Shown piece by piece: positions 55,773 through 64,000 of a stretch of 64,000 nucleotides of DNA. The stretch's first letter is position 1; each line of letters begins with the position of its first letter. This DNA comes from Bacteroidia bacterium. Its GTDB lineage: Bacteria; Bacteroidota; Bacteroidia; M30B66. The notes under the pieces were generated by a model. The model worked only from the letters and a program-made list of their open reading frames with translations, was not told the DNA's origin and made no database searches. The stretch is from the NCBI GenBank assembly GCA_965279035.1, contig OZ257142.1, forward strand, positions 3,360,001 through 3,424,000, in the 5' to 3' direction. Position numbers and translations under genes: made by a program.

Positions 55773-56813
55773 GTGCCAATTCAAGATTATCGACTTCGTA
55801 GAAGAATCATTTTACTCCTGACACTCATATCAGGTACGTTTTTACTTTATGCTTTACACGAACTTTTTCCAGCATTTTTAGGTGCTGTAGTTTTATACGT
55901 CCTGTTCCGTCCTCTTTTTGGCTTGCTTCGGTATGTAAAAAAATGGCCCAATTGGTTAGCTACATGGACGATAATGTTGCTCACGTTCTTGCTCATCGTT
56001 CTACCGCTTACCACCGTTGGAATAATGATCGGAACCAAAGTTTCAAACCTTCTTAAACATACCGAAGCCATTACTTCCATCCTTGATAAAGTCCAGAATT
56101 ATTTTGGAATAACCTTGAATGATGATTCAACCGTTGAAAAGATACTAGGCTTTTTACAAGACAATTTGTTTGGTGGTGTGAGCTCCTTTGTGAACGGAGT
56201 TTTTGGGATAATATTCACGCTTGGAATGATGTATTTCATTCTGTATTTCATGTTGAGCAGTCACCGTTCGTTTGAAAAAACTCTCGTCAAATACATGCCC
56301 TTCAAAAAGGAAAACACACTAAGATTTGCAGCTGAATTAAGGAATTCAACCTATTCTAATGTGCTCGGACAAGGACTCATTGCCTTCGTTCAAGGTAGTT
56401 TGGTAAGTGTTGGATTATGGATTTTCGATTTTAATGATCCCGTTTTTTGGGGGATAATTTCGTTCTTTCTCTCCTTCCTTCCTGTGATAGGCGCACCTAT
56501 CGTGTTTGTTCCTGCAGGATTAATCGCTATAGCAAACGGACATGCATCCGATGGTTATGGAATCATTCTTTGGGGATTTATCCTAGTAACGAATATCGAC
56601 AACGTATTACGCTATTTTATTTCCAAATACATGGCTGATACACATCCTCTGGTTGCCATCATCGGGGTGATTATTGGGATTCCTATATTTGGAATACTGG
56701 GATTGGTATTCGGTCCGTTGCTGATTTCCTGGTTCTTCCTGCTTATTAAAATTTATGAGGAAGGAAAAGATGAGGAAGAAACGGATGAAGAGGATGAAAG
56801 TATCCTTGCCTAA
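55773..56813 (+). CDS. AI-2E family transporter
   Basis: Multi-TM; FLPVIGAP, IDNVLR, HPL...GVIIG...FGILGLVFGP. Confidence 0.9.
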   Translation: MPIQDYRLRRRIILLLTLISGTFLLYALHELFPAFLGAVVLYVLFRPLFGLLRYVKKWPNWLATWTIMLLTFLLIVLPLTTVGIMIGTKVSNLLKHTEAITSILDKVQNYFGITLNDDSTVEKILGFLQDNLFGGVSSFVNGVFGIIFTLGMMYFILYFMLSSHRSFEKTLVKYMPFKKENTLRFAAELRNSTYSNVLGQGLIAFVQGSLVSVGLWIFDFNDPVFWGIISFFLSFLPVIGAPIVFVPAGLIAIANGHASDGYGIILWGFILVTNIDNVLRYFISKYMADTHPLVAIIGVIIGIPIFGILGLVFGPLLISWFFLLIKIYEEGKDEEETDEEDESILA

Positions 56814-58328
56814 TTATCGGTGACTGCGTTTCGAACTTCCAAATAAAACCCCAAAAATTCCTCGCACTAATTCTCGTCCAATACTGCGCGTAACAGAAGA
56901 ATTCATCACTTCTTCTAACATCGTCTTTTCTTGTTTACCCGATTTTTTGGGTGATGTAGAAGTTGATGTTGATTCTTGTTGTTCTTGCAAACGAGAATTC
57001 AGCATTTCGTATGCACTCACCGGATCGGTTGTTTCGGCATATTTGGCAAATAACTCTGACTGTTGAAGATGATCTTGATATTCACTTGCAGGAAGCGGTC
57101 CCATAACTGCTGCAGGAGGAACGAGATGAGTATGAACCACTTCCGTTGGAATTCCTTTCGCGTTGAGTACAGTTACCAAAGCTTGTCCAATTCCCATTTG
57201 GGTGAGCGTTTCTTCAATCTCGTAAAAAGCCGAACGCGGATAGGTCTTCACAGTATCTTTCAAAGCTTTAGCATCGTTGGGTGTGAAAGCACGTAATACA
57301 TGCTGAAAACGGTTTCCCAACTGAGCCAACACATTCACCGGAATATCTTGAGCCATTTGAGAACAAAAGAATACCCCTACTCCTTTCGAACGAATCAAGC
57401 GGACAATCTGTTCTACTTGATCCAAAAATGCTTTAGGAGCGTCGCTAAATAACAAATGCGCTTCATCGAGGAAGAATACTAATTTGGGTTTGTCTAAATC
57501 GCCTGCCTCGGGTAAGGTTTCATACAACTCAACCAATAAACTCAATAGGAATGTAGAAAACACGGCTGGTTTATCTTGCATATCGCTCACATTGAGCAAA
57601 CTCACCACACCTTGTCCATCAACTTTCAACATCAAATCGGAAATATCAAACGATGGTTCTCCAAAAACAGCCGCTACTCCTTGCTGCTCTAATGAAACAA
57701 TCTTACGCAAGATGGTTCCGGAAGTAGCACTTGAAATAATTCCGTAGCTTTCTTTTATCTCTGCTTTTCCGGGACCTTCGCTTAAGTAATTGAGGACTTT
57801 TTTCAAATCCTGCAAATCCACAATGGGAAGACCTTTATCGTCGGCATACTTAAACAGGATAGACAAAACACCTGTTTGCGTTTCGTTTAGTTCGAGGATT
57901 TTGGCGAGCAAGACAGGACCAAATTCCATCACTGTAGCCCGCATTTGTGCACCTAATTTCCCACTGAGTGAATACAGCTCAATAGGAACTCCTTCGGGTT
58001 GAAAGTCAATGTTTAAGGCGGATGCACGTTCTTCGATTTTAGCATTGGAAACACCTGGTTTACCTAATCCACTTAAATCACCTTTGATATCGGAAAGAAA
58101 TACCGGAACACCTGCTTTACTCAACTGTTCTGCTAAAACCTGAAGCGTACGTGTTTTACCCGAACCAGTAGCACCAGCAATCAAACCATGACGGTTCATC
58201 ATACTCAAGGGAATATTCACCCGAGCATCGGATAAAATTTCTCCATGGAGCACTCCACATCCTAAAAAAATATGTGCTTGACTATCGGGATATGACGATT
58301 GAACTGCTGTGATGAATTCCTGTTTCAT
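56814..58328 (-). CDS. DUF853/YjgR HerA-like ATPase
   Basis: NRHGLIAGATGSGKT, DIKGDLSG, FFLDEAHLLF, RLIRSKGVG; ATG 58328 preferred. Confidence 0.92.
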   Translation of the reverse strand: MKQEFITAVQSSYPDSQAHIFLGCGVLHGEILSDARVNIPLSMMNRHGLIAGATGSGKTRTLQVLAEQLSKAGVPVFLSDIKGDLSGLGKPGVSNAKIEERASALNIDFQPEGVPIELYSLSGKLGAQMRATVMEFGPVLLAKILELNETQTGVLSILFKYADDKGLPIVDLQDLKKVLNYLSEGPGKAEIKESYGIISSATSGTILRKIVSLEQQGVAAVFGEPSFDISDLMLKVDGQGVVSLLNVSDMQDKPAVFSTFLLSLLVELYETLPEAGDLDKPKLVFFLDEAHLLFSDAPKAFLDQVEQIVRLIRSKGVGVFFCSQMAQDIPVNVLAQLGNRFQHVLRAFTPNDAKALKDTVKTYPRSAFYEIEETLTQMGIGQALVTVLNAKGIPTEVVHTHLVPPAAVMGPLPASEYQDHLQQSELFAKYAETTDPVSAYEMLNSRLQEQQESTSTSTSPKKSGKQEKTMLEEVMNSSVTRSIGRELVRGIFGVLFGSSKRSHR

Positions 58329-58380
58329 AGTTTGCGGAAACGACAAATTACGGACAGGCAAGCATCGGAATAAAGGCTCT

Positions 58381-60525
58381 TTATGCTTTTTTCTTCACAG
58401 CGGCTTTTTTATGACGAGCAGTCAAGCGAAACACCTGTACCGACAAGGGAGGCAAATCAATTGCGATAGAATGTGGGCGACCATGTTTCTCAACATCGGT
58501 TGATTCGTACTTGTGTTTTGCCGAATAATCACTTCCCCAGTAGGCTTTGCTATCACTATTGAATATGACCGAATATTTACCACCATCTGGAACACCAATT
58601 CGGTAATTTTCCTGAGGAACTGGAGTGAAATTGCAAGCTATCACCAAATAATCTTCCGGCTTTTCTCCTCTGCGGATATAAGTTAAAGTACTGTTGCGAC
58701 TATCGTTTAAATCGATCCACTCAAATCCTTTTGTATCGAATTGCAAGCTGTGAAGAGCTGGTTCTTTGCGGTATAAAGCGTTCAAGTCTTTTATGAGTTT
58801 TTGCAAACCGCTATTGGGCTCAAAACCTGTGAGATGCCAGTCGAGACTCGTTTTGTAATTCCACTCGCTATATTGTCCAAACTCATCACCCATGAAAAGT
58901 AATTTACTTCCCGGATGCGTGAACATGTAGGAATACATAGCGCGCAGATTGGCAAATTTCTGCCATTGATCGCCCGGCATGCGATCGATAAGCGAACCTT
59001 TTCCATGAACTACTTCATCATGCGAAAGTGGTAGCATGAAACTTTCGGTGAAGGCGTAATAAATCGAGAATGTTACATCGTTTTGATGATGTTCGCGGTA
59101 GAGCGGATCGGTTTTGAAATAACGAAGTGTATCGTGCATCCAGCCCATCATCCATTTCATCCCGAAACCTAAACCACCATCGCGCACCGGACCGGAAACT
59201 TTTGGCCAAGAAGTCGATTCTTCGGCAATCATCTGGATTTCGGGAAAATGATAATACATCGTTTCATTCAATTCCTTGAGGAAAGAAATGGCTTCGAGAT
59301 TTTCGTTTCCACCGTAAATATTGGGCTCCCACTCGCCATCCTTGCGAGAATAGTCGAGATAGAGCATTGAAGCTACCGCATCAACCCGTAAACCATCCAC
59401 TTTGTACACATCGGCCCAAAACATAGCGGAGCTGATGAGGAAAGAACGCACTTCAAATCGTCCGTAATTGAAAATGAGGCTCTTCCAATCGGGATGAAAG
59501 CCTTTACGCAAATCTTGATGTTCGAAAAGATGCGTGCCGTCGAATTGCGCTAGGGCAAAACTATCCTCTGGAAAATGCGATGGAACCCAATCGAGTATTA
59601 CTCCAATTCCAGCTTCGTGAAAAGCATCTACCATCGCCATGAATTCCTGTGGTGAGCCAAATCGAGAAGTTGGCGCGAAGAATCCTGTGGTTTGATATCC
59701 CCATGAACCCGAATAAGGATGTTCAGTTAAAGGTAGAAACTCAACATGCGTGAAACCCATTTCCTTCACGTATGCGACAAGTTCTTTGCTTAAATCGTTG
59801 TAGCTGAGATAATCGTCTTCTTTGGAACCGGGCTTTTTCCATGATCCAGCATGGACTTCATACACCGACCAAGCTTTGGATGCCGAACCGCGACCTTTTT
59901 GTCCTAACCACGTTTTTGCTTTCCAAGAATAATTCAAATCCCACACGATGGAAGCGCGCTTAGGTGGCACTTCGTTGAAGAATGCAAATGGATCGAATTT
60001 CTCCAAAATGCGACCTGTTTGTGCATTACGAAGCATGTATTTGTACAAACTACCGTGTCCAACTCCGGGAATAAAAACTTCCCAAATTCCTGAGCCATCA
60101 CTTCGTGCCGACATGTGGCCTTGCTCTGGATTCCAACCATTAAAGTCACCAATCACACTAACTGCGGATGCATTCGGTGCCCAAACGGCAAAGAAAGTTC
60201 CTTTAACTCCATTGTTATCGCATAAGTGAGCGCCTAATTTTTGGTAGAGGCGATAGTGTTTTCCCTGACGGAAGAGGTAAATATCAAAATCGGTGAAGAG
60301 CGAAAAACTCGAAGGATCATCTTTTCCATTTCCTAAGTTCTGAGAGCTAGCCAAAAGATCGGTTGTCTTTACTTTGGTTTCTTTAGTTATTTCGACTTTT
60401 GCTACAGCCGATTTGACCGCTTTTTTAACCGATGATTTAGGTGTTGGAGTTTCGCTTTTTTTACTGACAGCTTTCTTAGCTGGTTTCACTTCCACGATTT
60501 CGGCAGTATCTTTCTTTTTCGCCAT
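58381..60525 (-). CDS. glgB: 1,4-alpha-glucan branching enzyme
   Basis: FAVWAPNA, SWGYQ, DWVPSHF, DGLRVDAVASM, AEEST, LPLSHDEVVHGK. Confidence 0.97.
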   Translation of the reverse strand: MAKKKDTAEIVEVKPAKKAVSKKSETPTPKSSVKKAVKSAVAKVEITKETKVKTTDLLASSQNLGNGKDDPSSFSLFTDFDIYLFRQGKHYRLYQKLGAHLCDNNGVKGTFFAVWAPNASAVSVIGDFNGWNPEQGHMSARSDGSGIWEVFIPGVGHGSLYKYMLRNAQTGRILEKFDPFAFFNEVPPKRASIVWDLNYSWKAKTWLGQKGRGSASKAWSVYEVHAGSWKKPGSKEDDYLSYNDLSKELVAYVKEMGFTHVEFLPLTEHPYSGSWGYQTTGFFAPTSRFGSPQEFMAMVDAFHEAGIGVILDWVPSHFPEDSFALAQFDGTHLFEHQDLRKGFHPDWKSLIFNYGRFEVRSFLISSAMFWADVYKVDGLRVDAVASMLYLDYSRKDGEWEPNIYGGNENLEAISFLKELNETMYYHFPEIQMIAEESTSWPKVSGPVRDGGLGFGMKWMMGWMHDTLRYFKTDPLYREHHQNDVTFSIYYAFTESFMLPLSHDEVVHGKGSLIDRMPGDQWQKFANLRAMYSYMFTHPGSKLLFMGDEFGQYSEWNYKTSLDWHLTGFEPNSGLQKLIKDLNALYRKEPALHSLQFDTKGFEWIDLNDSRNSTLTYIRRGEKPEDYLVIACNFTPVPQENYRIGVPDGGKYSVIFNSDSKAYWGSDYSAKHKYESTDVEKHGRPHSIAIDLPPLSVQVFRLTARHKKAAVKKKA

Positions 60526-60579
60526 GCGAGTTGGATGTTCTTATTATGTGAACAATATTTATTTCGTTAATCAGGTTGA

Positions 60580-62244
60580 TTAATCGAGGTAGTGTTTGAC
60601 AAATTTGACTAAGCTTTGAAGCGGAATCAGTGCCCAATCGGGACGGTTATTTATTTCGTATCCCAACTCGTAGATTGCCTTTTGAAAGGAATATATCTGA
60701 AGTAGATCATTCACTTTATCGTCCGAAGGAATTAAGCCACTGCCTAGTGTAGTTTCGATGTAGGATCCAAGAAAATAGCGACTTACAAAGTGATACCAGA
60801 TATCGGCTACAGGGATGAGTTTATTTTGAAGATCTTGATCATGTTGAAAATTCTGAAAGAGTGTTGCGTAGGCTGCATAGCGATAGGAACGCATCATTCC
60901 TGCAACATCTTTTAGAGAAGGATATTTATCGCGTCGTTCGGTATGAGGTTTATCCGGTTCACCTTCAAAATCAAGAAGGAAAAAATCGCCATTCGAAACC
61001 AATACCTGTCCGAGATGGTAATCACCATGAATGCGAATACGCTTGCCTTGCAGAGGTTTTTCAAGTACACGACCAAAGAAAGCTTTTACCTTTTCTTTGT
61101 CTTTAATCATCGAAGCAGCATCGTCACGTAGGGTGGGGGGTACGCGATGTAAATTTCGTTCGAGAAGTTCAAATTTACTTTCCACCAAATACATCAATTC
61201 TTTATAAAGTTTCTTTTGAAAATCTTCATCTACTTCTTCTGCTGCAAATGCAGGATTGCTATTGCTATTTAATAAAGCAAGATGAAATTCAGCTGTCCGT
61301 TTTCCTAATAACCGAGCTGCATGAAATACATCTTCTCCAATTAATTGTTGTAAAGCTTCAGGTGTTTTTTCCCAAGAAATAGAAAGCACATGTGGCTTCA
61401 AAGGCAAAGGGCGAAGATGATATTCTGTTTCAATGACTTGTTTATAGAAGCGATCTAATTGCAATACAGTATTTTTCCAAGCATCACCTTCGTTAGGAAT
61501 GAGCTGTTGCAACATCACCAACAGCATCGGCGGTTTTTCGGGATGCTGAATTTCTATCGAACCTGCATAAGCTGGTAGCTGATGAAATGTATCCTGCGTT
61601 GTGAGAAAATTCACGATTTCCCAATCGGGATTGATCATGTATTCGACTTTACGAAACAGTTTAAGGAAATAGGTATCGTTGAAGATGACAGCCGAATTGC
61701 TCTGATCTGCTTTGAGCACATGCGACTTCAAGGGCGAAGGCAATCCGTGTTGCATGAGGAATTTCCCAGAGCTCGCTAGCAATGGATAATGATCACCTTT
61801 TTGAATTTGCCGTTTATTCATGAGCAAAAACAGGGTATTCCTGAAATCTTCATCATAGATTCCATCTATTAAATAACCTACAGAGTTTCCTTCTCCAATG
61901 CGCGCTATAACTGCATCAGCAGGAAAATTACCTAAACCTGCAAACCGCTCATGAATGAACACGATAGGTAATGTATAAATCTCAGTTGGCCCATCAGGAT
62001 AACGGACTTTCAGCAAAAGAACACGAGCAATACTGGAAGCCGTTTCGAGTGGAATATTCTGATAAATTTTTATCCCCGTTATCAATCGAGCTTTTCCACC
62101 AAACCAGCGCATCCGCTTAAGAAATACGGGAAGTATTTGATTTTCGAGTTGATGAATACAGCGTTCTTGCTGAAATAAATCGTTCCATTCAGCATCGATG
62201 TGAGGCTGAGCGATGTCTTTAATTCGTTGCAATGATTCAGGCAT
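60580..62244 (-). CDS. mak: Maltokinase (Mak/Pep2 family)
   Basis: RWFGGK, DQSNS, LKLFRK, RIHGDYHLGQVL, DFEGEP, DVAGMMRSY, KAIYELGYE.NNRPDW. Confidence 0.88.
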   Translation of the reverse strand: MPESLQRIKDIAQPHIDAEWNDLFQQERCIHQLENQILPVFLKRMRWFGGKARLITGIKIYQNIPLETASSIARVLLLKVRYPDGPTEIYTLPIVFIHERFAGLGNFPADAVIARIGEGNSVGYLIDGIYDEDFRNTLFLLMNKRQIQKGDHYPLLASSGKFLMQHGLPSPLKSHVLKADQSNSAVIFNDTYFLKLFRKVEYMINPDWEIVNFLTTQDTFHQLPAYAGSIEIQHPEKPPMLLVMLQQLIPNEGDAWKNTVLQLDRFYKQVIETEYHLRPLPLKPHVLSISWEKTPEALQQLIGEDVFHAARLLGKRTAEFHLALLNSNSNPAFAAEEVDEDFQKKLYKELMYLVESKFELLERNLHRVPPTLRDDAASMIKDKEKVKAFFGRVLEKPLQGKRIRIHGDYHLGQVLVSNGDFFLLDFEGEPDKPHTERRDKYPSLKDVAGMMRSYRYAAYATLFQNFQHDQDLQNKLIPVADIWYHFVSRYFLGSYIETTLGSGLIPSDDKVNDLLQIYSFQKAIYELGYEINNRPDWALIPLQSLVKFVKHYLD

Positions 62245-62256
62245 ATTACTAATTGA

Positions 62257-64000
62257 TTATGATAAGACTGAAATTTGAAAAATATGTGCTGCAATCAACT
62301 TCGGGTCGAGTTCAATATAATTCCATTGTCGATTCCAGCGGTAATGATTATCGTCCATTAAATCGTGCATTTCAAGTGTATGTCCTTCGTGAGCCGGCAT
62401 CAGCGTTTCAGGAAGTTTTACCCAACCTGTTTGCTTGTTTACTGGATCGAGATTGACAACAGTCAGAACTTTATTGGTTCCGTCCCGACTGATCTTGTAA
62501 TACGCGATTAGTTGTTCGTTATCTGTTTCGCAAAATAGAATGTTAAAGGTAGTATGAAAGGCGTCATTTTCTTTACGAATTCGGTTGATCTTTCTTATCA
62601 ATTCACGAAATGGTGTTGATGCATGCCAATCCCAATGACGAGCCTCGTATTTTTCAGAATTAAAATATTCTTCTTTCCCCGGCATAGGTTCATTTTCGAG
62701 TAATTCGTAAACCGGACCATACATCCCATAATTGGACGATAAAGTTGCTGCTAAAACATAGCGTGCAGCCGAATGTGCATGATCAGTTTTTTGAATATAG
62801 AATGGTAGAATATCGGGTGTATTGGGCCAGAAATTTCCGCGGAAATAATCACGTAATTCTGTTTCTGTGAGTTCTTTAAGGTATTTTTCGAGTTCAGCTT
62901 TTGTTTGTCGCCAAGTGAAGTACGAATACGATTGTTGAAACCCAACTTTAGCCAAGCGCGCCATAATTTTAGGTCGGGTGAAGGCTTCGCTCAAGAAAAT
63001 CACTTGGGGATGATCCCGTCGCATTTCACTCATTATCCACTGCCAGAAAATAAAGGGTTTTGTGTGTGGATTATCTACTCGAAAGATGTTGATTCCTTTC
63101 GCTATCCAAAACTCAATAACACTTTTTAATTCGTTCCATAGATTTTCCCAATCTTCTGTTTCGAAGTTGATGGGCAACACATCTTGGTATTTCTTAGGTG
63201 GATTTTCAGCATACTGAACAGTGCCATCGGGACGCCAACGAAACCATTGAGGATGCTCTTTTACGTATGGATGATCGGGTGAACATTGGTAAGCTAAATC
63301 GAGTGCGATTTCGATACCTTGCTTTTTTGCAGATTTCACCAATTTTTCAAAATCAACCATGGTTCCCAATTCAGGGTTGATGGCTTTATGTCCGCCCAAA
63401 TGAGAACCTATTGCCCAAGGTGAGCCCGGTTCGCCTGCTTGAGCAGTGGTGCTATTATTCTTACCTTTCCGATGGGAAATTCCGATGGGATGAATTGGAG
63501 GAAAATAAAGTGTATCAAATCCCCAATCGGCAATGAGAGGCAAGAGTGCCTCACAATCTTTGAATGTTCCAGTACGAGTAGGATCGGGTGATGAGGAGCG
63601 AGGAAAAAACTCATACCATGTACTGAATTGCGCTTTTTCACGCTCAACAACTAATGATAGAATTTGTCCATTAGTTTCATTTTCACGTAAGGGTAAGGAT
63701 TCAATTAAATCTTCCAAACGATCGCTTTTCGCAATAATTACAGCATTTACATACTGTTCTTCGTTCTCGAAAAGATCAGCAGTGGTGTTGAGCCAAACAG
63801 CATCTTCCCCTTTCGATTTCTTAGCAATTTTTCGCAAGTGCTCTGCTCCTATTCGTAATTCTAAATCGAGCTTCTCCCCTGTTTCAGCCTTTTTACAAAA
63901 ACCATGATGCCAGCTTAAGGCATGATCTATCCAAGCCACGACGGTATATTCATACATTCCGGGATTTCCTGTTACAAAACTTCCTGTCCATTCATCATTA
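62257..64000 (-). CDS. glgE: Alpha-1,4-glucan:maltose-1-phosphate maltosyltransferase, 5' end beyond window
   Basis: WYEFFPRS, PPIHPIG, YAENPPKKYQD, FRVDNPHTKP, LSEAFT, NTPDILP; frame stays open to the window edge (NDEWTGSF...). Confidence 0.96.
   Translation of the reverse strand, partial: NDEWTGSFVTGNPGMYEYTVVAWIDHALSWHHGFCKKAETGEKLDLELRIGAEHLRKIAKKSKGEDAVWLNTTADLFENEEQYVNAVIIAKSDRLEDLIESLPLRENETNGQILSLVVEREKAQFSTWYEFFPRSSSPDPTRTGTFKDCEALLPLIADWGFDTLYFPPIHPIGISHRKGKNNSTTAQAGEPGSPWAIGSHLGGHKAINPELGTMVDFEKLVKSAKKQGIEIALDLAYQCSPDHPYVKEHPQWFRWRPDGTVQYAENPPKKYQDVLPINFETEDWENLWNELKSVIEFWIAKGINIFRVDNPHTKPFIFWQWIMSEMRRDHPQVIFLSEAFTRPKIMARLAKVGFQQSYSYFTWRQTKAELEKYLKELTETELRDYFRGNFWPNTPDILPFYIQKTDHAHSAARYVLAATLSSNYGMYGPVYELLENEPMPGKEEYFNSEKYEARHWDWHASTPFRELIRKINRIRKENDAFHTTFNILFCETDNEQLIAYYKISRDGTNKVLTVVNLDPVNKQTGWVKLPETLMPAHEGHTLEMHDLMDDNHYRWNRQWNYIELDPKLIAAHIFQISVLS

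Noticed and set aside
1376-63907. Numerous 60-160 aa ORFs nested in or antisense to long genes
   Set aside because: Typical shadow frames without motifs or independent expression signals.

Overview
A Bacteroidota chromosome segment, judged from TAnnTTTG-type promoters, T9SS C-terminal domains and protein families. The backbone is mostly housekeeping: ssb paralog, gcvT-comB-S1/P1 nuclease, rpsF-rpsR-rplI, biotin carboxylase, sucC, lolD-like ATPase, recQ, S46 peptidase, surE, polysaccharide genes, and glgE-maltokinase-glgB. It also holds three tRNA genes (Arg-TCT, Ser-GCT, Pro-TGG), two 1395-bp IS4 copies in opposite orientation (each with its own 9-bp target duplication), a PIN toxin-antitoxin pair and an IS200-type HUH transposase with REP-like hairpins. 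Two signals stand out. (1) An ORF-less interval at about 40868-41330 has a promoter-like motif, a boxA-like element, many hairpins (four with TGAAA loops) and a strong + strand terminator; it is a candidate ~460-nt structured ncRNA. (2) A 7574-bp element is integrated in tRNA-Pro (24-bp att repeat). It combines a tyrosine integrase, an HTH protein, a rolling-circle-type HUH protein, a serine resolvase with a res-like site, and three uncharacterised envelope proteins. All calls come from reading motifs by eye; no searches or folding programs were run.
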